NCBI GenBank assembly: GCA_964641355.1
Contig: CAZXND010000002.1
Span: forward strand, 1,005 to 65,004
Source of the DNA: an uncultured Gammaproteobacteria bacterium
Lineage (GTDB): Bacteria; Patescibacteriota; Microgenomatia; Levybacterales; GWA1-39-11
Direction: 5' to 3'
DNA length: 64,000 bases
The position numbers and the translations under genes were made by a program. Position 1 is the stretch's first letter. Every line of letters starts with the position of its first letter. Positions 19,953 to 30,051 of the stretch are shown here, piece by piece. Below the pieces are notes generated by a model, which was not told the origin of the DNA, did no database searches, and saw only the letters and a list, made by a program, of their open reading frames with translations.

Positions 19953-21269
19953 ATGGAAATCCCATTTATTATATTCTTTTCTAAATTAACATCATTTATA
20001 TCGAAGATAACAAAAAGAGGATCAGGATCTACCTGGCCTGGACATCTTGCTTTAAAGGCTGATAAAAATTTTATACCAGATATTATTAAAAAAAATCCTA
20101 ATTTAAAAATAATTCTTGTTGCAGGGACAAATGGTAAAACAACAACTTCAAAGCTTATTCAATTTATTTTAAAAAAAAGTGGCATTAACACATTTCATAA
20201 TGAATCAGGAGCAAATTTATTAAACGGAATCGCTTCAAGTCTTATCAAACACTCAAGTCTTCTTGGCAAACTTAATTTTGAAGTCGCAATTTTTGAAACT
20301 GATGAAAATACTCTACCCTCTCTTCTTAAATTAGTAAAGACCCCTTATGCACTGGTCGTTCTAAATTTATTTCGTGATCAACTAGACAGGTATGGTGAAG
20401 TCAATCTGATCGCAAAAAAATGGGAAGAGGCACTACGTAAACTACCCGAAGACACTACACTTTTTATTAACGCGGATGACCCACAACTTTCTTTTATTGG
20501 TAAAGGTCTTAAAAATAAAAAGTACTTCTTTGGAATTGATGAAAAATTAATGAAAAAGAAAGAATTAGCCCATGACTCTGATTTTTCTTATTGTCCAAAC
20601 TGCAGATCAAGACTTAATTTTGAAAAGATTTCCTATTCTCATCTGGGAAAATACTCTTGTCCCAAATGTGGATTTGAGAATCCTAGAAAAATCACTCTTC
20701 CTGCTTTGCCTCAAAAAATGCTTGGAATTTATAATGTTTATAATGTTAATGTAGCAAGTCTTATCTCTAGCATTTTAGGAGTAGAAAATAACAAAATAAG
20801 AGATTCACTTTTAGAATTTGATCCGGCATTCGGAAGACAAGAAAGCCTGAGTTATAAAGGAAAAGATATTACCATTCTTCTTTCTAAAAATCCGACAGGT
20901 TTTAATCAGTCAATTGAAGCTATTTTTGAAATATCAAAAAAACCGAATGTTTTACTAGTTTTAAATGATAGAATTCCAGATGGACGCGATGTTTCTTGGA
21001 TTTGGGATATAGATACTGAGTATTTAGTGAATAATAATTCCAATCTCTTTATTGCGGGCGACAGAGTATTTGATATGGGACTAAGAATCAAATATTGTCT
21101 TGAAAAATCAGAGCTATCGAGTAGCAAATACCATGTTTTTGAAAAATTAAAAGATGCAATTGAAGAGGCGGTAAATACTACTCCCAAAGATGAAGTTTTA
21201 TTCATATTACCGACATATTCTGCGATGCTTGAAGTTAGGAAGATTCTTTCTGGAAGAAAAATATTATGA
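19953..21269 (+). CDS. murT: MurT ligase subunit of lipid II isoglutaminyl synthase
   Basis: GTNGKTTT, NLFRDQLDRYGE, CPNC/CPKC zinc finger, LSKNPTG, DGRDVSWIWD, PTYSAML. ATG 19953 lies 6 nt after TATAAT. Confidence 0.9.
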   Translation: MEIPFIIFFSKLTSFISKITKRGSGSTWPGHLALKADKNFIPDIIKKNPNLKIILVAGTNGKTTTSKLIQFILKKSGINTFHNESGANLLNGIASSLIKHSSLLGKLNFEVAIFETDENTLPSLLKLVKTPYALVVLNLFRDQLDRYGEVNLIAKKWEEALRKLPEDTTLFINADDPQLSFIGKGLKNKKYFFGIDEKLMKKKELAHDSDFSYCPNCRSRLNFEKISYSHLGKYSCPKCGFENPRKITLPALPQKMLGIYNVYNVNVASLISSILGVENNKIRDSLLEFDPAFGRQESLSYKGKDITILLSKNPTGFNQSIEAIFEISKKPNVLLVLNDRIPDGRDVSWIWDIDTEYLVNNNSNLFIAGDRVFDMGLRIKYCLEKSELSSSKYHVFEKLKDAIEEAVNTTPKDEVLFILPTYSAMLEVRKILSGRKIL

Positions 21270-21350
21270 AAAATAAGAGATTTTTGAATTTCATTCCTTT
21301 CACTCATGAAAATAAGACGAGCTTGAATTTCATTCCTTTCACTCATGAAA
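21266..21350. repeat. Tandem direct repeat, 39-bp period, identical 28-bp core
   Basis: TTGAATTTCATTCCTTTCACTCATGAAA at 21284-21311 and 21323-21350. Confidence 0.9.
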
Positions 21351-22103
21351 TATAAAATAAACATTGCATGGCTATACCCTGATCTTATGAGCACATATGG
21401 TGATCGTGGGAATATTATTACGCTCCAAAAAAGATGTGAATGGAGAGATATTGAAGTTGAAATTTTAAAAATAACACTAGATACAAAAGCTGAAATATTA
21501 AATACTTGTGACCTAATCTTCATGGGAGGCGCACAAGATACACAGCAAGAAATTGTAAATCATGATTTAATAAAAAATAAAGGAAAAATACTTATAAAAA
21601 AAATTGAAGAAAAAACTCCCGGACTATTTATTTGTGGAGCTTACCAATTCTTAGGGAAATACTACAAAACAAGCGAAGGTAAAAAAATTCCCGGATTAGG
21701 ACTCTTTCCCTTGCACACAGATAACCCCGGAGAAAACACTCCACGTTTAATAGGAAATGTGGTCGCCGAAACTTCATTTAATTCAAACTCAGAGAGTACT
21801 AAACTGGTAGGATTTGAAAATCATGGAGGAAGGACTTATTTAGAAGATAGTTCCTCCGCTTTTGCAAAAGTGTTAAAAGGTTCAGGAAATAATGGAAAGG
21901 ATAGAACCGAAGGGATAAAATACAAAAATACCATTGGAAGTTATTTCCACGGACCAATTCTTCCTAAAAATGTCGAGATTGCAGATTGGCTAATAAGAAA
22001 ATCTTTAAAAATAAAATATAAAGAAGAGGTAAATCTTGCAGACCTCAATGATGATCTTGAGAAAAAGGCAAAAAAAGTAATACTTTCACGTCTTCTCACT
22101 TGA
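21345..22103 (+). CDS. gatD: GatD glutamine amidotransferase (CobB/CobQ-like), MurT partner
   Basis: LYPDLMSTYGDRGN, ICGAYQ, GFENHGG, GSYFHGP; directly downstream of murT. Confidence 0.9.
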   Translation: MKYKINIAWLYPDLMSTYGDRGNIITLQKRCEWRDIEVEILKITLDTKAEILNTCDLIFMGGAQDTQQEIVNHDLIKNKGKILIKKIEEKTPGLFICGAYQFLGKYYKTSEGKKIPGLGLFPLHTDNPGENTPRLIGNVVAETSFNSNSESTKLVGFENHGGRTYLEDSSSAFAKVLKGSGNNGKDRTEGIKYKNTIGSYFHGPILPKNVEIADWLIRKSLKIKYKEEVNLADLNDDLEKKAKKVILSRLLT

Positions 22104-22164
22104 AGCGGAAAATACCTAGCCATATAATATACTTTGTTAAAAGAATATATATTTGAAAACAAAA

Positions 22165-22449
22165 ATGAGAGTAGACGTAAAGAAAATTTCGAAATTAGCA
22201 AATCTTCCAATAAAAGATGAAGAAATTCCTTCTCTTGAAAAAGCCATTGAAGATACGCTTTCGTATATTAAAATCCTTGAAGAAGTAGATACTAAGGAAA
22301 TCACCCCAACAAGCCAAGTTACAGGTCTTGAAAATATTACACGAAACGATATAGCAAATCCTTCTTTAACGATAGAAGACGCTCTAAGAAATACTAAGAA
22401 AACTCATAATGGGATGTTTGAGGTAGATGCGATTCTAAATAAAGACTAA
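22165..22449 (+). CDS. gatC: Asp/Glu-tRNA amidotransferase subunit C
   Basis: VKKISKLANL, LEEVDT, PTSQV, RND; precedes gatA. Confidence 0.88.
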   Translation: MRVDVKKISKLANLPIKDEEIPSLEKAIEDTLSYIKILEEVDTKEITPTSQVTGLENITRNDIANPSLTIEDALRNTKKTHNGMFEVDAILNKD

Positions 22450-22450
22450 C

Positions 22451-23869
22451 ATGGCAAAATTAAACGAATTAACATTAGTCGAAACCCTGGAAGGACTTTC
22501 CGCTAAAAGGTTCTCATCTGAAGAACTTGTGGAAGAATGTATTGATCAAATAGAAATTCTCGAACCAGAAATAAATGCGCTTGTAACAAAAACTTTTGAC
22601 GAAGCAAGAAGTGCTGCAAAAAGAGCTGACAAAATGATCTCAGACGGGAACACTGCTACACTCTCTGGAGTTCCACTGATTTTAAAAGACAACTTTTCAA
22701 CAAAAGGAATTAGAACAACAGCCTCAAGTAAGGTTCTTGATAATTATATTCCGCCTTATGATGCTACAGTCGTTTCCTTACTTAAAAGTGCCGGAGCAAT
22801 TATTTTAGGGAAAGCAAATATGGATGCATGGGCACATGGCTCGTCTACCGAAACCTCAGATTTTGGATCTACAAAAAATCCATGGAACACTAATCATCTT
22901 CCAGGTGGATCATCTGGAGGATCTGCTGCTGCTGTAGCAGCACAGGAAGCAATAGCATCTATCGGAACAGAAACTGCCGGATCAATAAGACAACCTGCTT
23001 CTTGGTCTGGTGTTGTAGGAATGAAACCCACATATGGAAGAGTCTCTCGCTATGGAGTAATCGCCATGGGATCCTCCCTTGACTCACCCGGTCCAATTAC
23101 TAAAACAGTCGAAGATGCGGCAATTCTTCTTCAAATTATCGCGGGAAAAGATGATCATGATGCTACTACTCTTCCAGATAAAGTACCAGATTATAGAAAT
23201 AGCTTAAATAACTCAATTAATGGAGTAAAAATCGGGATTTCTGATGATTATTTTGTGGATGTAAATCCTGAAGTAGAAGAAAAAATAATGAGCGCAATCA
23301 GAGTTTTTGAAGATATGGGCGCTTCAGTCAAAAAAATAAGACTTTTTCCACCTCGATATTCGATTGCTGTATATACTATTATTCAAAGAGCGGAAGTATC
23401 ATCCAATCTTGCACGATATGATAGCGTACGTTATGGTAAAGGTCGAGATTTTTTTGGCGACGAGGCAAAAAGAAGAATTATACTAGGAACCTACACTTTG
23501 TCTTCTGGATATTACGATCAATACTACAATAAAGCGCAGAAAGTTAGAACAATAATAATAGAAGATTTCAAAAAAGCATTTGGCGAGGTTGATATAATTA
23601 TTGCACCAACCAGCCCAACAACAGCTTTAAAACTCGGAGCAAGCAAACAAAGTTCTATGTTTGGGGAATTACAAGATGTACTTGTCGAACCATCATCAAT
23701 TGCTGGACTTCCAGGAATTAGCGTACCGGCAGGATTTGATTCGAATGGCCTTCCTATAGGAATGCAAATTATTGGACCTCAGCTCTCTGAAGAAAAAATT
23801 CTTAATGTAGCAAGCATGTTTGAAAAAGCAACAGATTTCCATACATTTATACCTGAAATTGCTAAATAA
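22451..23869 (+). CDS. gatA: Asp/Glu-tRNA amidotransferase subunit A
   Basis: Amidase signature PGGSSGGSAAAVA, GSIRQPA, SNLARYD, RRIILGT. Confidence 0.96.
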   Translation: MAKLNELTLVETLEGLSAKRFSSEELVEECIDQIEILEPEINALVTKTFDEARSAAKRADKMISDGNTATLSGVPLILKDNFSTKGIRTTASSKVLDNYIPPYDATVVSLLKSAGAIILGKANMDAWAHGSSTETSDFGSTKNPWNTNHLPGGSSGGSAAAVAAQEAIASIGTETAGSIRQPASWSGVVGMKPTYGRVSRYGVIAMGSSLDSPGPITKTVEDAAILLQIIAGKDDHDATTLPDKVPDYRNSLNNSINGVKIGISDDYFVDVNPEVEEKIMSAIRVFEDMGASVKKIRLFPPRYSIAVYTIIQRAEVSSNLARYDSVRYGKGRDFFGDEAKRRIILGTYTLSSGYYDQYYNKAQKVRTIIIEDFKKAFGEVDIIIAPTSPTTALKLGASKQSSMFGELQDVLVEPSSIAGLPGISVPAGFDSNGLPIGMQIIGPQLSEEKILNVASMFEKATDFHTFIPEIAK

Positions 23870-23874
23870 TTAAA

Positions 23875-25215
23875 ATGAATTACAAACCAGTTGTTGGACT
23901 TGAAGTACATGTAGAACTTGCAACAGAATCAAAAATGTTCTGTTCTTGCTCGGCAAAATATTTTGGTAAAAAACCAAATACTTACACTTGCCCAGTTTGT
24001 CTTGGCTTACCCGGGGCGCTCCCCGTCCCAAATCAAAGAGCAATTGATTGGTGTATCAAAATTGCTCTTGCCTTAAATTGTAAAATTCAAGAGTTTTCAA
24101 AATTTGATAGAAAAAATTATTTTTACCCGGACCTAGCAAAAGGTTATCAAATATCACAATACGACAAACCTTTCGGTCTAAATGGGTCTATAGAAGTAAC
24201 CTCCTCTAATGGACAAAAAAGAGTAATAAGAATAAGAAGGGTTCACATGGAAGAAGACACTGGAAAACTTACTCATGCAACAGTGAGTGGAAAGAGAGTA
24301 AGTCTAATAGATTTCAATCGCTCTGGAGTACCGCTTGTTGAAATTGTTACCGAACCAGATTTTCAAAACGCAACTGAAGTAAAAAATTATCTAGAATCTC
24401 TTCAGCAAGTTGTAAGATACCTTGGAGTTTCAAATGCTGATATGGAAAAGGGAGAAATGAGACTAGAACCAAATATTTCACTTCAAGAAGTTAATATAAG
24501 CGAACTACCAAAATATAAAGTTGAGGTAAAAAATATAAATTCTTTTCGATTCGTTGAAAAAGCTATTAATTTTGAGGTTGAAAGACAAAAAGAAATTCTT
24601 GACGCAGGAAAGACCCCTACTCAAGAAACTCGAGGATGGGATGAATTATCAAATACAACAATCTCACAGCGAGAGAAAGAGGATGCTCATGACTATCGAT
24701 ATTTCCCAGAACCAGATATCCCTCCTATTGTTACCGACATAAGCAAGATTGAGGAGTTGAAGAATGACCTTCCAGAAATGCCTAAAAAAAAGATGAAAAG
24801 ATTTACTAATGATTATTTACTATCAAACTACGATACAGAAATTCTTATTAGAGAGAGATCTCTTGCTGAATTTTTTGAAAAAACAGTAGCAGATGGGAAA
24901 GAATTTAATTTAACTCCAAAGCAGATTGCAAATTTTATTATCAATAGAAAGATCGATATTGATAAAAACCTACCTGGTGAAATTGTGAAACGAATTATCG
25001 CATCAAACCAAAAAGTAACTATTGATGAAGATAAATTAAAAAAAGTTGCAAAAAGTGTTTTATCTAACAACTCAAAAGCAGTAGAAGATTATAAAAAAGG
25101 CAAAACACAAGTTTTAGGCTTTCTTATTGGACAGGTAAAAAGAGAACTTGGTAATGTTGAGACCGAATCCATAAAAAATGTCCTTGTTGAATTGATGGAT
25201 AAAGATGTAGAATAA
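23875..25215 (+). CDS. gatB: Asp/Glu-tRNA amidotransferase subunit B
   Basis: VGLEVHVEL, FDRKNYFYPDL, HMEEDTG, DFNRSGVPLVEIVTEP, DYRYFPEPD. Confidence 0.97.
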   Translation: MNYKPVVGLEVHVELATESKMFCSCSAKYFGKKPNTYTCPVCLGLPGALPVPNQRAIDWCIKIALALNCKIQEFSKFDRKNYFYPDLAKGYQISQYDKPFGLNGSIEVTSSNGQKRVIRIRRVHMEEDTGKLTHATVSGKRVSLIDFNRSGVPLVEIVTEPDFQNATEVKNYLESLQQVVRYLGVSNADMEKGEMRLEPNISLQEVNISELPKYKVEVKNINSFRFVEKAINFEVERQKEILDAGKTPTQETRGWDELSNTTISQREKEDAHDYRYFPEPDIPPIVTDISKIEELKNDLPEMPKKKMKRFTNDYLLSNYDTEILIRERSLAEFFEKTVADGKEFNLTPKQIANFIINRKIDIDKNLPGEIVKRIIASNQKVTIDEDKLKKVAKSVLSNNSKAVEDYKKGKTQVLGFLIGQVKRELGNVETESIKNVLVELMDKDVE

Positions 25216-25218
25216 ATT

Positions 25219-25974
25219 ATGCCAGAGCCACAAGAACAACCTCAGGAAGAATTTGGCTACAAAAGAGCATATTATGAATCCCCAATAAAAAGAGCAAGAG
25301 AGATATATGGAAACGAACCATTTAAAGAACTGTTAGAAGAAAGAAGAGATAAACCTCAAGAGAAAGAAGATGTAGGCAAGAAAATTAAAAAAAGAAGAAC
25401 TGAAAGGAAAAAAGTAATAGAAGAGTTCAGGCGACTTGAAGATATTGGATACAGGGATGAATTAACAGGAATATACAATAGAGCTGGTTTTGAAAAAAGA
25501 TTACAAGAAGAAGTCGCAAGATTGAAAAGAATGGGAGGGGAAGCAGTTATAATAAATTTTGACTTAAATAAATTAAAAGAAGTTAACGATAAAGGAGGAC
25601 ACAAAGCAGGAGATGAATATATAAAAAGTGCGGCCAAAACGATGCAAGAAGTAACAAGACCAAATGATCCAGTAGCAAGAACAGGTGGAGACGAATTTAC
25701 AATAATTCTACAAGGATCTGATGAAGAAGGGGCTCTAAAGTATTGGGAAAGACTAAAAAGCATGTTAGACTCAAGAGGAATAAGTCTTGCAGCGGGTGTA
25801 GCACCACTCGATCCACGAGAAGTGGAAGAATCAAAAAATTTAGCTGACATCTCTATGTATAAAGCAAAAGTACTCGGAAATGGTGAAAGTAGAATTGAAA
25901 CAGCGTATAATTTAACAGCTGAAGAAATAGAAGGAGGCCCAGAAGAGGTCAAGAAAAAATTCTCTCTACGGTAA
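25219..25974 (+). CDS. GGDEF-domain diguanylate cyclase
   Basis: DELTGIYNR, FDLNKLKEVNDKGGHKAGD, RPND I-site and intact ARTGGDEF, AD..MYKAK. Confidence 0.9.
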   Translation: MPEPQEQPQEEFGYKRAYYESPIKRAREIYGNEPFKELLEERRDKPQEKEDVGKKIKKRRTERKKVIEEFRRLEDIGYRDELTGIYNRAGFEKRLQEEVARLKRMGGEAVIINFDLNKLKEVNDKGGHKAGDEYIKSAAKTMQEVTRPNDPVARTGGDEFTIILQGSDEEGALKYWERLKSMLDSRGISLAAGVAPLDPREVEESKNLADISMYKAKVLGNGESRIETAYNLTAEEIEGGPEEVKKKFSLR

Positions 25975-25975
25975 A

Positions 25976-28900
25976 ATGGCAGGGTTTGTTCATCTTCATA
26001 ATCACTCAGAGTATTCTTTATTGGATGGATTGTCCAAATTTTCCCCCATGGTAAAGAGGGCAAAGGAATTGGGAATGAATGCAATTGCACTCACAGACCA
26101 TGGAAACCTGTACGGAACACTGAAGTTTTATCACGAGTGTATAAACCAAGGAATAAAGCCAATCATAGGATGCGAAATGTATCTTGCAAAAAGATCGAGA
26201 CTAGATAAAGAACAAGATATAGATTCTAACTACAACCACTTAATTTTACTAGCAAAAAATCAAGAAGGTTATAAAAATTTAATAAAACTAGTCTCGCTGG
26301 GTTATCTCGAAGGTTTTTATTACAAACCAAGAATAGATCTTGAGCTTCTTGAGAAGTACCATAATGGATTAATTGCTTTATCTGCTTGTTTAAATGGTTA
26401 TTTTGCAGACGAAATTCTCCATGGAAGGATGGAAGAAGCAGAGGTAAAAGCTGAAAAATTAGCACAAATCTTTGGGGAAGGAAATTTTTATTTAGAACTT
26501 CAAAAGCACCCGAAAATTCCCGACCAAGAAAAACTTAACGATGGACTAATTAAAATTTCTAAGAACCTTGGACTACCACTAGTAGCTACAAATGATAATC
26601 ATTATATAAACAAGGAAGATGCCGACGCACAAGATATTTTGCTTGCAATACAAACTCAAACTACTATTCTTGATCAAAATAGACCCCTTCGCATGATAGA
26701 TTCTCCAGACTTTTACATAAAATCTACAGAGGAAATGAGGGAAATGTTTTCTGATACTTTAGACGCTGTTGAAAATACTCAAAAAATTGCCGACAAAATA
26801 GATCTCACCATCGAAACTGGAAAATGGGTACTTCCACACTATGATGTACCAAATGGAATGACACATAATGATTATCTAACAAAAATGATTGATGAAAAGC
26901 TTCCAACAAGATACAAAGAAATTACCCAAGAATTAAAGGAAAGAATCGATTACGAATTGTCTGTAATTACCAGTAAAGGCTATACCACTTACTTCCTTAT
27001 AGTACAAGACTTTGTGAACTGGGCAAAAAACCAAGGCATAGCTGTGGGCCCTGGAAGAGGATCAGTCGCTGGAAGTGTTGTGGCGTATATTTTAAGGATT
27101 ACCGAATTAGACCCCATTGCTTATGGGCTACCATTTGAGAGATTTTTAAATCCTCATCGCCCTACCCCTCCTGATATTGATATGGATTTTGCTGATGACA
27201 AAAGAGATGCAGTAATCGAATACGTAACACAAAAATACGGAAAAGAAAAAGTTGCGCAGATCATAACTTTTGGAACAATGGAAGCAAGAGCCGCTGTAAG
27301 AGATACAGGACGAGCTCTTGGAATGCCCTATGCCGGCCCAGACAGAATCGCAAAGATGATTCCACCTGGCGCACAAGGATTCCCAATGTCTATCGAAAAA
27401 GCGATAGAACTCAATCCCGATTTAGATAGAGCGTATAGAACCGAGTCTGATACGAAAAAACTTTTGGACCTTGCGAAAAAACTTGAGAAAGTGGCAAGAC
27501 ATGCCTCAACACATGCGGCTGGTGTAATAATAGCTGATGAGGATCTTACTAACTATACTCCACTCCAAAAAGAAGTAAATGGAGAAAAAATTATTACTCA
27601 GTACGATATGTATGATCTTGATATGAATATTTCCGACCATGCTTTAGGGCTTCTCAAAATAGACTTTCTTGGGCTTAGAAATCTAACTATTATTCAAAAT
27701 GCTTTAAACTTTATTAAAGTTAATCAAGGTAAAGAAATTGATCTCTCAAAACTTACGCTTGATGACTCCGAGGTCTTCAAAACAATTTCTAGCGGGGAAA
27801 CTACAGGGATATTCCAACTTGAATCCTCTGGAATGAGACGCTTAGCAAAAGACCTTAGACCTTCAAAGATCTCTGACCTTTCGGCTATGATTGCTCTTTT
27901 TAGACCCGGACCTATGGCTTGGATTGATGATTTTATTCAGGCAAAAAATTATGCAGGAAAAGTAAACTATCCTCATCCAGATTTAAAACCTATTCTTGAA
28001 GAAACATATGGAATAGCCGTTTATCAAGAACAATGTATGATGATTGCAAATAGAATGGCTTCATACACTATGGCTGAAGCCGACAATCTCCGAAAAGCAA
28101 TTGGAAAGAAAAAACCAGAGCTAATGAAAAAGGAAAGAGAGAAATTTATCGCTGGATGTCTAAAAAATAACTACTCACAAAAAATAGCAGAAGATGTATT
28201 CTCACTTATTGAAAAGTTTGTAGGTTACGGTTTTAACAAAGCTCACAGCGCCTCCTATGCAATTATCGCGTATCATACCGGATTCCTAAAAACGTATTAC
28301 CCAGTAGAATTCATGACAGCAGTACTCACTGCTGAATCTCGTGGATCGTCTGGACCTGTTAGGAATGAGAAAATCTCACAGGCTATTTCAGAATGTAAGA
28401 GACTTAAAATCGAAGTACTACCACCATCTCTTAACAAGTCAGTGGCAGAATTTAGCATAGAAGATGGAAAAAAAATTAGATTTGGATTATCCGCTATTAA
28501 AAATGTTGGAGGAGCAGCTATTGGTACAATTCTTGAAGCAAGAACCAAAGGATCTTTTGTTTCGTTTACAGATTTTTTGCGACGAGTCGACTTGTCGAAG
28601 GTTAACAAAAAAACTCTTGAAAGTCTTATTAAGGCTGGTGGAATGGATGAATTTGGTAAGAGATCAGTATTACTTTCTTCGTTTGGACTATTAGTAGACA
28701 AGATTAACAAAGAAGAGAAGCAAAAAATAAAAAATCAAGCAAGTCTTTTCGGCGACGATGAAGCAGTTATTGTTTCATCAATCGATAAGTTTGATATCGA
28801 TATTGAAGAATTTACAGAAAAAGAAAAATTAATGTTTGAAAAAGAACTTTTAGGTTTTTTTCTCACCAACCACCCCTTGAGTCAAGAAGTTGGAAGGATT

Positions 28901-29206
28901 GAAAGCCGTATTTCTCATAAAATTTCAGAACTACATGGTGACAAGGAGGGTGTATCAATAAAAATTGGAGGCTTTGTTTCAAGCATTAAAAAAATTCTTA
29001 CAAAAAAGGGAAACAATGAGATGGCCTTTGTAACGCTTGAAGACCATTCGGGTTCTTTTTGTGAATGTGTTGTTTTTCCAAGAATTTATGAAAGCTTCAA
29101 AAACTTACTTCTAAGAGATTCTATTGTAATTATTGAAGGAAAACTACAGTTCAAAGATGAGAGACCTGTCGTCATTGTAGAGATGGTAAAAACTCTACCT
29201 AACTAA
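25976..29206 (+). CDS. dnaE: DNA polymerase III alpha subunit
   Basis: FVHLHNHSEYSLLDG, GPGRGS, PDIDMD, KIDFLGL, FNKAHS, C-terminal OB fold. Confidence 0.98.
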   Translation: MAGFVHLHNHSEYSLLDGLSKFSPMVKRAKELGMNAIALTDHGNLYGTLKFYHECINQGIKPIIGCEMYLAKRSRLDKEQDIDSNYNHLILLAKNQEGYKNLIKLVSLGYLEGFYYKPRIDLELLEKYHNGLIALSACLNGYFADEILHGRMEEAEVKAEKLAQIFGEGNFYLELQKHPKIPDQEKLNDGLIKISKNLGLPLVATNDNHYINKEDADAQDILLAIQTQTTILDQNRPLRMIDSPDFYIKSTEEMREMFSDTLDAVENTQKIADKIDLTIETGKWVLPHYDVPNGMTHNDYLTKMIDEKLPTRYKEITQELKERIDYELSVITSKGYTTYFLIVQDFVNWAKNQGIAVGPGRGSVAGSVVAYILRITELDPIAYGLPFERFLNPHRPTPPDIDMDFADDKRDAVIEYVTQKYGKEKVAQIITFGTMEARAAVRDTGRALGMPYAGPDRIAKMIPPGAQGFPMSIEKAIELNPDLDRAYRTESDTKKLLDLAKKLEKVARHASTHAAGVIIADEDLTNYTPLQKEVNGEKIITQYDMYDLDMNISDHALGLLKIDFLGLRNLTIIQNALNFIKVNQGKEIDLSKLTLDDSEVFKTISSGETTGIFQLESSGMRRLAKDLRPSKISDLSAMIALFRPGPMAWIDDFIQAKNYAGKVNYPHPDLKPILEETYGIAVYQEQCMMIANRMASYTMAEADNLRKAIGKKKPELMKKEREKFIAGCLKNNYSQKIAEDVFSLIEKFVGYGFNKAHSASYAIIAYHTGFLKTYYPVEFMTAVLTAESRGSSGPVRNEKISQAISECKRLKIEVLPPSLNKSVAEFSIEDGKKIRFGLSAIKNVGGAAIGTILEARTKGSFVSFTDFLRRVDLSKVNKKTLESLIKAGGMDEFGKRSVLLSSFGLLVDKINKEEKQKIKNQASLFGDDEAVIVSSIDKFDIDIEEFTEKEKLMFEKELLGFFLTNHPLSQEVGRIESRISHKISELHGDKEGVSIKIGGFVSSIKKILTKKGNNEMAFVTLEDHSGSFCECVVFPRIYESFKNLLLRDSIVIIEGKLQFKDERPVVIVEMVKTLPN

Positions 29207-29215
29207 GAAAACTTC

Positions 29216-29291
29216 TTGACGATCCTCGTGTATTTATTATAAAATAGCTTTAAATACCCAACATCGTGATTTGGCGATGCGGTATTTTTTT
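29216..29291 (+). promoter_or_regulatory. Putative atp promoter followed by a hairpin and T7 tract
   Basis: TTGACG (29216), 18 nt, TAAAAT (29240-29245). Stem AAATACC/GGTATTT plus CATCG/CGATG at 29252-29287; T run to 29291. Confidence 0.55.
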
Positions 29292-29308
29292 AATTAAAAA
29301 TATTATCA

Positions 29309-30049
29309 ATGACCACAATAGAACCTGAGATTATCTACAAGTTTCTTGGTTTTAATATTACAAATACCATTATTGCAACACTTCTCACCGACTCTATAAT
29401 TCTTTTTGTCATTTACAAAATTCACAAAAATGTTAAATCAATTCCGGGCAAAATACAAAGCATCGCAGAAATGATAATAGATTACTTCTATACAACAACC
29501 GAACAGATTGCTGGAAACAGAACAAAGTCGATTTTTCCCTGGTTTATGAGCTTCTTCTTATACATATTCTTTGCTAATTTCCTTGGTCTTTTTCCGGGTT
29601 TTGGTTCGATAGGCATTTTTGAACACGGACATGAAGGAAAAACACTTATCCCAATCCTTCGCGCTTCAACCAGTGATTTTAACACCACCCTTGCTCTTGC
29701 TATTATTTCACTTGTAGCTACTCACGCTCTAAGTATTAAATATAATGGAATCAAGGACTACTTAAAAAGATTCTTTTCTTTTAATCCGATTTTACTATTT
29801 GTGGGTTTATTAGAACTTGTTTCAGAATTAACTAAAGTATTTTCGCTTTCTTTCAGACTATTCGGTAACATTTTTGCAGGAGAAGTTGTACTAGCAACAA
29901 TCTCCTCTCTTGCAGCCTATGTTGCACCTATTCCCTTCTTGCTTCTTGAATCTATAGTTGCTATAGTTCAAGCACTAGTTTTCTCAATGCTGACAATGGT
30001 TTTTATGTCTATACTAACATCGCCACACAGTGAAGGAGGTGAGCATTAA
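29309..30049 (+). CDS. atpB: ATP synthase F0 subunit a
   Basis: SLSFRLFGNIFAGE, QALVFSMLT. Confidence 0.96.
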   Translation: MTTIEPEIIYKFLGFNITNTIIATLLTDSIILFVIYKIHKNVKSIPGKIQSIAEMIIDYFYTTTEQIAGNRTKSIFPWFMSFFLYIFFANFLGLFPGFGSIGIFEHGHEGKTLIPILRASTSDFNTTLALAIISLVATHALSIKYNGIKDYLKRFFSFNPILLFVGLLELVSELTKVFSLSFRLFGNIFAGEVVLATISSLAAYVAPIPFLLLESIVAIVQALVFSMLTMVFMSILTSPHSEGGEH

Positions 30050-30051
30050 TT

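Noticed and set aside
21284-21350. 28-bp repeat pair as a CRISPR array
   Set aside because: Only two copies, an 11-nt spacer similar to the flank of the first copy, and no cas genes; it is a tandem duplication.
20906-21523. 205-aa antisense ORF containing a repeated peptide
   Set aside because: Overlaps murT and gatD on the opposite strand; the repeat only mirrors the DNA duplication.
25356-26090. 244-aa antisense ORF
   Set aside because: Shadow of the purine-rich GGDEF gene; Ser/Phe/Leu-rich with no motif.
25976-29206. Intein or split in dnaE
   Set aside because: Normal length (1076 aa), continuous motifs, no intein splice motifs noticed.
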